Shown in pieces: positions 51,901 to 64,000 of a stretch of 64,000 nt of DNA; positions within the stretch are counted from its first letter, which is position 1; every line of letters begins with the position of its first letter. The DNA is from Octopus sinensis (taxonomy: Eukaryota): assembly GCF_006345805.1 (NCBI RefSeq), contig NC_043019.1:24737360-24801359 (forward strand). Direction: 5' to 3'. The notes below the pieces were generated by a model. The model worked only from the letters and a program-made list of their open reading frames with translations. It was not told where the DNA came from and did not search any database. A program made the position numbers and the translations under genes.

Positions 51901-54030
51901 ACGAACCTTTCTCCAAAGAATCTTTCCATAGGACTGAAATTCTTGTGGATTATAGGAGATCGTAGTTCTGTCATGGGACTTCTCACTTCAGGTTTCCTAC
52001 CCCAAAGTCGCAGAGATCCATCTTCTGAGCAAGTGGCAAGATAAAGTCTACAGATATTCAAAACAAATTAGGGTAAACAGTAAAAAAATACACAAATACA
52101 CACACACATGTATATGCACACAGACACACAAATTAGAAAGAAAAAATGTACTCAGTGCCATAATAGGGTATAAAAGTTTATTTAGGTTGATCCAGGGGCC
52201 TGTGGCTCTGGATTCCTTGACAAGTTGCCACATCCGCAAACAGGAATAGACTGTACACACAAACACATATAATAGAAGGTTGTAGCTAGTGGATCTGTTG
52301 AGTTGTGGAGAAAATGTTTTGCATTAATTATGTTTTATATAATTTAAATTCTAATCTTGTCAGCTTCAACTTTGACCTTTGTCCTTCCACTTCCCAAGTT
52401 TAATTCTTGGAACCCTCTCTGAAAATTTGTCATCCCTTTATGCCCGTGTTAGAAACTGTTATTTTATTAGTACTCATGTGTTAGAGAAGAATATGTCTTT
52501 AGATTTACTTGGGACACATACCTTCTGATGGTCTTCCACCAATCACATTTAACCCTTTCATTAACAACCTGGCTGAAACCGGCTCTAACTCTATAGTACA
52601 AATGTCTTGTTTTCCTAAGTTTTGAATTAAAATCTTCCACCAAACCTTAGTCACAATTTATGTTCTTAACACTAGCTGAATGATAACTAAGTTATTTTAC
52701 TAATTTTTTGTTATATTTAAAGTAGCTGAAAGAAACACAGAGCATCTCAAAATAAATACAGTGATGAAAGGGTTAAGGAAATGTCAGTGATTAAATGAAA
52801 TACCATTTTTTTTAAATGCAAAACCAGAATATAAATAAGACATTACAAATGAAAAGTATTGACTATCTTAACGAAGCATATTCTCAGACAAAACAATTAA
52901 TTAATCTAAGAAACTAGTACAAAATGAAAGTTAATCAATATGTCAATACTCACCCATTACAAACTAAATCCATGTGTAATATTTTAGAATAATGGGCCAC
53001 AGTCTTCTTCACTACAAAGCGTCGAGTCTCCACATCATATATACAAAATCCTGCTCCAATAGCAGCAAATATATAACGCTGAAGTCAAAATAAATTATTT
53101 AACATGAAAATATAGAAAGGATTCAAGGAATAATTCATGTGATTTTATTGGCTTTTATTTTATCAGGCCCAGGAGGATGAAAGATAAAGGTGACTAGTTC
53201 TAAGATACTTACTTTGTGTATGTATGTAGTGATTCTGTCTATCTATCTATTTATATACACACACATACACACACGCATATATGCAAGGGTATCACAAAAG
53301 GCCTGGTTGGAAGCCCAACCTTCTGAGTTCTTTTACAGGGCTTAGAAAAACTAAAGGACCACTGCAATGAGTGTGTGAATCTGAGCAGGGGAATATATTG
53401 AATAAAATCATAATTAACTGGTCATCCTGTATTTTTCTTTTACCCAAAGACTGGAACTTTTCAGCACCCCCTCATATATATATATAAAATACAAAAAAGG
53501 GACAACAAAACATCCAGATAGACAATACAAAGAAAACAAGGATGGGTCATTCAGAGTTTTCTTTCCTCAGTCAAGTTCCAGATTATCAGAGTGGTTGGCA
53601 TTAGGAAGGGCATTCAGCCATAGAAACATTGCCAGATCAGACTGGGCCTGGTGCAGCCTTCTGGCTTCCCAGACCCCAGTTGAACCGTCCAACCCATGCT
53701 AGCATGGAAAGTGGACACTAAATGATGATGATGATATACTCGAGATTGCTCCAATCTGGCCATCCCCAAGGAAAAACTAAGCTGTATACAAGGCATCATA
53801 AGGAAGAATGGAGAATTATACATTTTCAAAATTTATTTATTGAAGCATTATTCTCATCAAATTCTAATCTTCATAATGCTTTTATGAATAAATCTTGAAG
53901 ATGTCTAATTCTCCATTCTCCATTATGATGTCTTGATCCCACACTCTGTCTGTTGTGTGAAATCCAATGGAGCAAACTCAGGATTTAACTATCAAGTTTC
54001 CAACTATTCAATGTGGTTGGCCAGATCTGG

Positions 54031-54069
<39 letters not shown>

Positions 54070-57000
54070 ACATCGTTTAGCGTCCGTTTTCCATGCTAGC
54101 ATGGGTCGGACGGTTCAACTGGGGTCTGGGAAGCCAGAAGGCTGCACCAGGCCCAGTCTGATCTGGCAATGTTTCTACGGCTGGATGCCCTTCCTAACGC
54201 CAACCACTCCGTAAGTGTAGTGGGTTCTTTTTATGTGCCACCGGCACAGGTGCCAGACGAGGCTGGCAAACGGCCACGATCGGATGGTGCTTTTTACATG
54301 CCACTGGCAATATATATATATATATATATATATATAATGCACTGCAATGTATATCAGTTGTCTTATGTTATACAAGAATGTGTAGACCTAGATGTTCTCA
54401 TTAACTGTTATAATCCCAGAATTGTTTTAAACTTTAGCTAGATATATATTCTCCTATAGAATTTATATGCTCTACAGTGTGTTATGAAATTTTGCTGTAA
54501 TTATATTTCAGGACATGATCTAAGAGCAAAAGCCAGTGCAGCACCTTTCCCACTTCTTTGTTGTGTTCAAAATATTGACGAGTAACATAATGACAGCAAT
54601 TTAATTTGTCGAAACCCATCGTTAACGAAAGGTTTGTATATCTTATTTCCATGACAGAAATCAATTGTAGACCTCAGAATAAATAACATTTACTAACTGA
54701 AGTTAACAGATTACATCATTCAAAATTTACGACATATGACTGCATGATATTCCATAGTGTGATATCATATACCACAGTATGGTATACGTCAGCATGATTT
54801 TGTTATACTGCAATATTATACACTGCAGCAGCAAGGCAGCGAGCTGGCAGAATTGTTAGCACCAGAAAAAAAATGCTTAGTGGCATTTCCTCTGATTTTG
54901 CATTCTGAGTTCAAATGCCACTGGGGTCGGCTTCCTTTTGGGGGTGGATGAAATAAGTACTAGTCCAGCATTGCTCTCTCCCCAACAATTGCTGACCCTG
55001 AGCCAAAATCTGAAACCAATATTATTCACTACAGTGTGATAAACTACAGACTATCAGATGTTGTTACACATCACTGGTCACAAAGTGCTTTGCATTGTTT
55101 TAGCCATCAAATGGCACCCCCCAGCTGGCTAGGTGAGCAAGCCAACATTCCCACTTCATTGAAAGGGGACAGGAGCAAGGTCAAATTAAGTGTTTTGCTC
55201 AAGAACACAACATGCCACCGGTCTGAGAATCGAACCCACAATCTAGTGATTGTAAGTGCAACAGCCTAACCACAAGGCCACATGCCTTCACACAATATGA
55301 TACAGCACAGTATAACATACTAGTGTGTTTTTTTTTTATTCTGCACTATAAATTAATAATAAAATAATGAAATTATTGTATACAGTGCTCAGGTGCACCA
55401 CAACTTGTCAGAAAGTGCATATAAAGTACATGCAGTAATGTACAAATGTCTGGAAAGCGAACAATGTATGAGTCAGATACATGCTTGTGTGTGTATGGAG
55501 GGGAGAAAATCAGGTGTAGTGTTGGCGAATCTCAGGAAGCATGGAAGTTTTGAAGGATGCATGATATGCTACAGTATAATAAACTACAATGTGATATACC
55601 ACAGTATTACAGAATGACACAGTCACAACATAATAAGTTATAGTATAACAGCCAACCAAATGAAAATGAGCCATGAAAATGTTATACGTACGTTTTCTGC
55701 ACAAAATACATGTTGAACACTGTAGGGAAATAATTTACTGTTGCCTTTATAATCTGGGATAGAATTGATGCTGTGAGTAGGTTTTAGTTTTGCCGACCAA
55801 ACAATGATCATTCCATCAATGGAACCACTACAGAACATTTTATCTGAAAATTGAAAAGGAAACGCCATGTCTGGATTTGAAAGATCTGCTATAAGAAATG
55901 CTTTATATATTATTGATATTATTATAATTATTATCATTATTATTATTATTATCACTGTCATCATCACCACCAAAACTTCCTCCACCACCATCATCACCAC
56001 CATATCCACCACCAAAACCACATACATATGCATGTATATGTGTGTGTGTATGTATGTGTCCATTTTGTCGGTGCTTGTGTTAATTATGTGTCAATTTACA
56101 TCCCATAACTTAGCAGTTCAATAAATAGAGTTCAATAAAATATGTACCAGACAGAAATAAGTACTGGGGTTGATATCAACTAAAGCCTTTGAAAGTGGTG
56201 CCCCAGCATGGCCACAGTGACAGAAACCAGAGAAAGTTTTACTAATTAATTTGTCCTATTTTACATCCATTTGTCTGTGACTGTGACAGCTATTGATGTG
56301 TCATCCCATGTCAGCCCTGATCACTCAGACATTCCATCCATGACGTTCCCATAATTTTCCACCTAACTTAATGTATCTTAGGACAACATGACCCAATGTA
56401 TTCTTTATTTCTTTTTTAAGATGGTATGGTGTGATTTTAAATAAGATTTGATTGCTCTTTCTAGCAGGTTGAATGACCACATAGAAGCACCATTCACTGG
56501 TTCATGATTGAAATGGTTTATTTGTTAGAGCACTCTTTTAAGAAAGCCATTTTCTAACTGGTTACGCTTTTAAAACAAACCACTCATCTATGAAGTGGGA
56601 GTGGAGAGGAATGGACTGTGGTGTTTTTGTCACAGTTATGGTTTCTGTGGCCAGATTTCTCATTAAGAGATTATCAAATTGGAAAATTAGTCACTGCGCA
56701 AGAAACAAACTACTGCTTATTCAATTTAACACAGAAAACTGGTACTGAGGGATAGATTTTGCAGTTGTATTCTCTTCCTGTTGTCAAGCCTCACCTGTTT
56801 TTCCAGAGAAGGGATTTCTTCTTATGTTCTACAAAAGGCTATGGGTAAGCCACATCATCATCATCATCATCATTTAGCATCCGCTTTCCATGCTAGCATG
56901 GGCTGGACGGTTCAACTAGGGTCTGGGAAGCCAGAAGGCTGCACCAGGCTCAGTCTGATCTGGCAATATTTCTACAGCTGGATGCCCTTCCTAATGCCAA

Positions 57001-60000
57001 CCACTCCGTGAGTGTAGTGGGTGATTTTTACGTGCCACCGGCACAGGTGCCAGACAGGGCTGCCAAACGACCACAGTCAGATGGTGCGTTTTACGTGCCA
57101 CCGGCATGGGGGCCATGTGAGGCTGGCAACGGCCACGATCGGATGGTGCTTTTTACGTACCACTGGCACGGAGGCCAGTCGGGGCGGCGCTGGCAACGGC
57201 CACAATCGGATGGTTCACTTACGTGCCACTGGCACTGGTATCACAGCTGCAATTTCCATTGATGTTGATCGACTTCGATTTTGGTTCTGATTTCCTCTTG
57301 CCTCAACAGGTCTTCACAAGTAACTCTAACATAACCAAATAGCTACTGTGTGCTTGTTATCGGGAGGCAAGTGGACAGTGGACAGTTGCCATGAGTCTGG
57401 GGACACACTACCAATCAATGGGCTTTGTGGTTTGTTATTCATTGCTTTTCTCAGAGGCTTACAATGTTATGATGACTTCGATGTGCAAGGGGAAAATGAC
57501 GTGATGTCAACTTCAACACAATATAAGCACATTGTTACTGTATTTATGGAGGGAAAAACAAAACCCAACCAGCATAGTTACCTGAGATTGTCACAAGGGA
57601 TTGAATTGGTTCACGGTGTGGTCCTAAGTTTCGTTCAAAGGAGATTTCTGCTGAAGATGTACCTTCGTATGTCACACTGTACACTTCTGCAAACAAGCAA
57701 TTGAAAATGCATTTAAGATAATATTTTAATTCAAGTGGGGAATAGTATATAGAAATTTAACAATATTTGTGAGGAATGCAGGTAAACGGTGATGTATATA
57801 CACAAAATAAATATAGGAACTAGTCTATTAACTCATTACAATGAAGAAGTTGTATGTTTTGCAAAAATATTTAATTTGAAAATTAATTTATACATTTTAC
57901 AAATGGCGTAGGAGTGGCTGTGTGGTAAGTAGCTTGCTTACCAACCACATGGTTCTGGGTTCAGTCCCACTGCGTGGCACTTGGGCAAGTGTCTTCTACT
58001 ATAGCCTCGGGCCGACCAAAGCCTTGTGAGTGGATTTGGTAGACAGAAACTAAAAGAAGCATGTCGTATATATGTGTGTATATAATATGTTTGTGTGTCT
58101 GTGTTTGTCCCTCAACATCGATTGACAACCGATGCTGGTGTGTTACGTCCCCGTAACTTAGCGGTTCAGCAAAGAATAAGTCCTGGGGGCGATTTGCTCG
58201 ACTAAAGGCGGTGCTCCAGCATGGCCACAGTCAAATGACTGAAACAAGCAAAGGAGTAAATATAATTAGATTGAATATTGCTAAAGTTATATACATTTTC
58301 AGAATTGCTGAAGCATGGAATAACCTACTCACTTCAGCTGTTAACAGTCGGGACACTCCATCCTTCAAAACTTCCATTCACCAACACCACACCTAATGTT
58401 CTGCTTCTGTTTCTTGTTTTTCTTTTTCTTTTTTAATGACTTATTATTCACTTTCCTGTATTTTTGTACATTATTCTATATACTATGCATGCACTTATGG
58501 CTAAATTTTCTGATGAGTTGTGGTGCACCTGAGCACTGTTTATAACAGAATTGTTAGCACACCGTGCAAAATGCTTAGCAGTATTTCGTCTGTCTTTACA
58601 TTCTGAGTTCAAATTCTGCCGAGTTAAGCTTTCAGTGTTGATGAATTAAGTATTTACAAGCATGCTTGTAAATACTACAAAATTAAGAATTATTTACAAG
58701 AATGCTTAAGGACATTCATACAAGCAATGTCCTTACTTTTCAATCTTCACTGAAAATATGTCCAGCTTTAGAAATATTACCTTGCTTGGAAACAAGTGAG
58801 TATTGGTGGCAGAAAGGGCTTCTGGCAGCAGAAAATCTACCACAATAATAAATTCTGTCTCCTCCATGCAAACTTGGAAAAGTGGACATTAAAATAATGA
58901 TGATGATGATGATGTAGATATTACTGGTTACTATAGAACCAGGCTAGAGTTTACTTTGTAGAACCAGTGAAACAATGAAAGGCTTACCAAGTTGTTTCTC
59001 AGATGCTGCTACAATACGGTTATTAGTGATGCTGAGTAAAGCTATTACAGGAACTGTCAAAGAGAAAAAGAGACAAAAAATGAAAAATAATTAAAATTTC
59101 CACTTGTTTCATTTACTTTGAGTCTACACTATTGGCTGAGATGACTGACACCCCTCTTGCTCTCTTGTAATATCTTATTTTCTAAAGGCTGGCAGAAATT
59201 TAGGGATATATTTTGCTGTTGTTATGGAGACAAAATAGAGCAAATGGCCTCTATGTCCGTTGCCAGAGCAGAACATAACAGTTACAGTCATATTTGGATT
59301 TTGGGCCATGTGGTCACTAGTCCAACACCTTAATAACCAGCGGGTTGTGAGTCTCAAACCATCACAGTTGAATTCTCTACAACCTTAATTCTGCTGGGAC
59401 TGATTACTGGCCACAATTGATGGCCATCAAGGATGGTTATCAGCTAAAGGTGTATTAAGTCTTTAGAAACAACTACTGAAACATGATGTCAGTAAGGGAG
59501 CCTGTACATGGTCACTCAATCTGTTAGAAAGAACAGCCAAACTTCCTTCAAATCATGCCTTACGTCTTAAAAAAATAAGGAACATTATATATTAGACGAT
59601 GTAGTTGTTGGTAATAACTGACCTTGGGAGATGTTAACCCTTTTGAGACCAACCCGGCTGAAACCAGCTCTGGCTCTGTAGTACAAATGTCTTGTTTTCA
59701 TAAGTTTTGAATTAAAATCTTCCACCAAATCTTAGTCACAATTTATGTTCCTAACATTAGCTTAATGATAACTAAGTTATTTTACTAAATTCTTTGTTAT
59801 ATTTAAAATTGATTGAAAGAAACACAGAGCATCTCAAAATAAATACAGTAACGAAAGGGTTAAACAACAATCTTCAACATACAAACCTTAAATGTGACCA
59901 TCTCAATAACAGTTACATACCTAAGTTGACACTGCGGTTGTATTTATGTAGAAGTTTGCCCTCTTTGTTCCACACACATATCTCCTGACCTCCAGAAGCA

Positions 60001-63000
60001 AACATTTCTCCATCATTTAAAGGAATCAAGCACTGAAACAGCAGCAAATCAAAGACAGCTTCATTAAAAAACTACAATAACATTTCAACTGCATATAAAT
60101 TGACTGCAATTATGTATTAAATAAATAGATATATAAGATAAGTTAATTAATTAATTTTATAAAGAATAGTATAATTGGTGTCTTTGTGTGTATGTTTCTC
60201 TCTCTTTCTTTCTCTTTCTACACACACACACACACACACACAGAAACATAGTTACAGACTTGGCTATGTGGATAGAGAGTTCACTTTGTTCTCAAGGTAC
60301 TATGGTTACAGGGTTAATGTAGAAACATCTCCTGTAACCCATGGATTGACCAATGCGTTGTGAGTGGAATTAGTCAAAACTATACAGAAGTCTGTCACAC
60401 ACACACACACACACAAATATATATTTGTTTGTGTGTGTGTATGATTGTACATGTGTGTGTCTATATTAATATTGACATTGTGTGTCTCACATGAAAGCTT
60501 AAAACCAGTGATATTCATTGATATCCCCTGCCAAAACATGACTCTTTCGTACTGCACTTTGGATGATGATGGGTATAAGGATCATTTATTTGGGAAACAG
60601 TTTTAAGGGATTAGTAAAATGGAAAGGCATCTGGCAATAAAACTGCCTAAATAATACGTATTCAACCAAACCCAAACTAGCATGGGGAAATAGCCATAAA
60701 ATGAATGAACACTATTTATATGTGTGTGTGTGTTTGTGTAGGGGGATTCAATGCTATTTAATTGTGATTCTGTCTTGAGAAATTTCAGGTACATACATGA
60801 TCATCTATTACTGCCATAATGAGTTTATTTTTCTGGATTGTTAATGCACGAATTCCATATATTTTGGAAAAAAATAATACAGTTCCCATGACTTTCGGAA
60901 ACATTTTTTCATGCTCAGAGTTGCTGAAGCATGGAATAAACTGCCTGCGTCAGTTGTTGACTGCCATGACACTGCATCCTTTAAGGCCCTCATGCTTTCC
61001 GAAATCCGCCGAAACTACACCTGATTATATATACACTTTAGATGAGTTGTAGTGCACCTGAGCACTGTACACAATTATTATTATTATTATTATTAAATAT
61101 TAAATATTCTTAACCCGTTCATTACCAACCCGGTTGAAACAGGCTCTGGCTCTGAGTACAAATGTCTTGTTTCCATAAGTTTTGAATTAAAATCTTCCAC
61201 CAAACCTTAGTCACAATTTATGTTCCTAACACTAGCTGAATGATAACTAAGTTATTTTACTAAATTCTTTGTTATAATTAAGTAATTGGAAGAAACACAG
61301 AGCATCTCAAAATAAATACAGTAATGAAAGGGTTAAAGGGTTAATTCTTTTATTGTGGTGTTATTGATATTATCAATAATCGTATTAGGCTTACTTAAAT
61401 CTATCCTGTTTTAAATTGACATCATTTCAAAGATTAAAATATTGTTAGTTTCATTATGGTTGAAACAGTATGAGATTTAATGAATAAAAAATAATTAAGG
61501 TTTGATTACCCATGTCTTTAAACTAAGATGATGTCACTGTCTGTCATTTCTCTCTCTTTTAACAATTATTGAAATTTACAAACTTATCCTTCCAGTAATA
61601 TTAGTGTGGCAGTATTGATTTGAAATAATTAAATAATTAATTCAATGAGTAATAAATAGAAACTAACCCGAACAGAACCGGAATGATCTGTAGCAATATG
61701 TAGACAAGATCCAGTGTCAATATCCCACACCTGGAAATGTAACAATAATTTAAGATCAACTGATATGATATGGCTTCAAACAAACAAAAAAACAAAAGCA
61801 AGATGATTGTGTGGAAGGTGCAGGAGTGGCTGTGTGGTAAGTAGCTTGCTTCCCAACCACATGGTTCTGGGTTCAGTATTGCCTTTCATTATCAGAATTA
61901 ATAATTAAACTTATGTTTATTTCTCCTCATGACTGATTTTAATTTTAATTAATTAAAATATCTTGGATCACAACATTATGAGTATTATAAGCAACAACTT
62001 TACTAAATATTTTTCATGCAGAAGACGCCCTTGAGATCCGCTGCTTCTACTCAAAGGTATGTATTGACCTTATTCTCTCTTATTTATTTATTTATCATTT
62101 TCATGAAAATGAAGACCTTTGGAAGTATGCTGTGTGTGGGAAGACCTGGCAGGACAAGTGAGACCATAATCCATGGCCTCTACCTGGGACGTAGCCAGCC
62201 CACTTATGCATACCTTTCCTTCTTGTGACACAAACCCTACTTGTGAAGACCTGTTGAGGCAAGTGAAAATCAAAATCGAAATCGATCAACATCAAGGAAT
62301 TGTAGCTGTGATACCAGTGCCGGTGGCACATAAGAGAATCATCTGAACGTGGCTGTTGCCAGCGCTGCCCCGAATGACCTCCGTGCCGGTGGCACGTAAA
62401 AAGCACCATCCGATCGTGGCCGTTTGCCAGCCTCGTCTGGCACCTGTGCAGGTGGCACGTAAAAAGCTCCCACTACACTCACAGAGTGGTTGGCGTTAGG
62501 AAGGGCATCCAGCTGTAGAAACACTGCCAGATCAGACTGGGCCTGGCGCAGCCTTCTGGCTTCCCAGACCCCAGTTGAACCGTCCAACCCATGCTAGCAT
62601 GGAAAACAGACGTTAAACGATGATGATGATGATGATGATGTTGAAGACATTGCAAGAAAAAAAAAGTGTCAATCATTAAAGCAAACTTAATGTAAAAGGG
62701 ACAAACCCGTATCTGTCGATCAGCAGAGCCAGTTAAGAGCAGATTTTGTACTTGATGTCCATTATCTAATTTAAGGGGCAACAGGCAGGTAATAGGAAGT
62801 GTGTGACCCTGCAGGGTGCATAGTTTCTGGACAAACTGCAACAAGAAAGCAAACATGTTAATAATTACATTTCAACACGAATAAATGTCCACCATTCACT
62901 GCATTCGCCTCCCTGACATCTCTCACATAAACTGACTTACCTACCCACTCCACCCTGTCCATTCCTCTGGACCACTTCCCTTTTATTCACCTTCCTGCTA

Positions 63001-63860
63001 CACAAGGGTACACCCTGGCACATCTTCACCACCCTTTTCTCTCTCTTTTCTAACTAGGGCTGCTATGTATCTCCTCTACAACAAGGCACTTGTTTCTGTC
63101 TCTCTCTGTCATACTTTGACTCCTCATCACCTGGCCATAGCCATCTCCCTCAACACTATTCCCACTTGAGTTGAGAGGCCTTGTCTTGTGAGTTACTTGG
63201 TGATATCACTGCTGCCAGTGCCATGTAAAATGCACCCAGTACTCACCATAAGTTGGTTGGTATTAGGAAGGGGACCAAGCCATAGAAACCATGAAAAAAC
63301 AGACACTGCAGCTTGGCACAGGCCTCTGGTTCACTAGTTCTTGTCGAACCATCCAACCAGCCAACCAATAATAGCATGGAAGGAGGACCTTAGATGACAA
63401 TGAGGAGGAACTGAGGTTAATGATGAGCAATCTTGATACAAAATTTCACAAAATTCTTACCTCAACATCCCAAATGATGATGGTAGCATCATCAGCAGCT
63501 GAAGCAAACCTGAAGAGAGAGATATAAAATGGTTTTGTTAGCAAAGAAGTCTTTCCTTGTTGCTGGGTTGCAAGGGAGTCGTTTTGGTTGTTTTAAAACA
63601 GGTTTGTTGTAGCTTATGATTATTGGTCAGAAATACTGAGCAGAGTCTATATGTATGTGTATGTGTTAGAGAGAGAGGAGTGTGTGTCTGTGTGTGCGTA
63701 TGTGTATGTGCATGCATGATGAAAGAGGAAATAAAAATGGAGCAAACCTTCTGTTGTCAAGTCGCAGAAGTTTGCGGACAATATCTTTGTGATCTTCAAG
63801 TAAATGTATTTCTGTATATAAATTGTAAGGCTGGCCATGATCCAAAGTGTCTGGTTTTTC
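48915..63860 (-). CDS. WDR41: WD repeat-containing protein 41, 5'-incomplete (13 exons, 426 aa in window; first exon outside)
   Basis: Exons 5' to 3': 63860-63748, 63509-63461, 62835-62707, 61730-61668, 60032-59921, 59053-58988, 57686-57582, 55843-55692, 53078-52954, 52047-51907, 50171-50090, 49789-49721, 48989-48915 (1281 nt, phases consistent). Peptides YTEIHLLEDHKDIVR, RFASAADD, LTGSADR, YIFAAIG, TCSEDGSLRLW and GHSGAVQMF match human WDR41 as I recall it. Confidence 0.93.
52553..52772. mobile_element. 220-bp piggyBac-type MITE. Further copies at 59638-59859 and 61114-61332
   Basis: TTAA|CCCTTTCATTA...ATGAAAGGG|TTAA in this copy, and TTAA-flanked near-identical termini in the other two. 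Confidence 0.88.
53280..53478 (+). mobile_element. Mariner deletion derivative (related piece at about 21995-22110)
   Basis: Remnant of the transposase C-terminus (..GEYIE*) and a right TIR ACTTTTCAGCACCCCCTCATA. Confidence 0.55.
62102..62640 (+). mobile_element. RTE LINE 3' end (last codons plus 3' UTR with 62-66-bp tandem units and an (ATG)n tail). Shorter copies at 34950, 39957, 46205, 47443, 54071 and 56853 (-), and 32680, 49270, 53588 and 63200 (+)
   Basis: EDLWKYAVCGKTWQDK* (stop 62159-62161) precedes the shared UTR ending CCATGCTAGCATGGAAAxxGGACGTTAAATGATGATG. Confidence 0.75.
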
Positions 63861-64000
63861 CTGACAAAAAAAAAAAGAAATTTAGATGTAACAGTCAGCA
63901 CCACCATGAACAATTTCTTCATTTTCTTCATTATTATCAATGCCACCACTGTTATTAACTTCTTCCTCCACCTCATCACCTTTCTAATAATCTATTCATT

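Overview
This is eukaryotic genomic DNA: AT-rich, microsatellite-dense and packed with SINEs, LINEs and MITEs. The tRNA-headed SINE families look like those I associate with octopus, so a coleoid cephalopod is likely (inference). I reconstructed three protein-coding units by hand from splice sites. (1) A large terminal exon of an orphan Thr/Pro-rich type I membrane mucin-like protein (9997-11652, +). (2) A complete 9-exon sorbitol dehydrogenase gene, SORD (28428-43992, +, 348 aa). (3) WDR41 on the minus strand (13 coding exons, 63860 down to 48915; the first exon is outside the window), convergent with SORD. The rest is a layered transposon landscape: R4/Dong-like, RTE, CR1 and Penelope retroelement pieces, two non-autonomous Helitrons, mariner, hAT and piggyBac MITEs, a long-TIR foldback and several minisatellites. 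The most notable observations are a near-intact CR1 LINE inserted into a Helitron 3' hairpin just upstream of SORD, the orphan mucin with overlapping YxxL and ExxxLL sorting motifs beside a 15-bp minisatellite, a CpG-rich to CpG-poor switch near 31 kb, and a close inverted repeat pair in a WDR41 intron. I found no clear wholly new multi-gene system. Most ORFs in the supplied track are microsatellite or repeat artefacts. Repeat boundaries are approximate unless a TSD or TIR is quoted.
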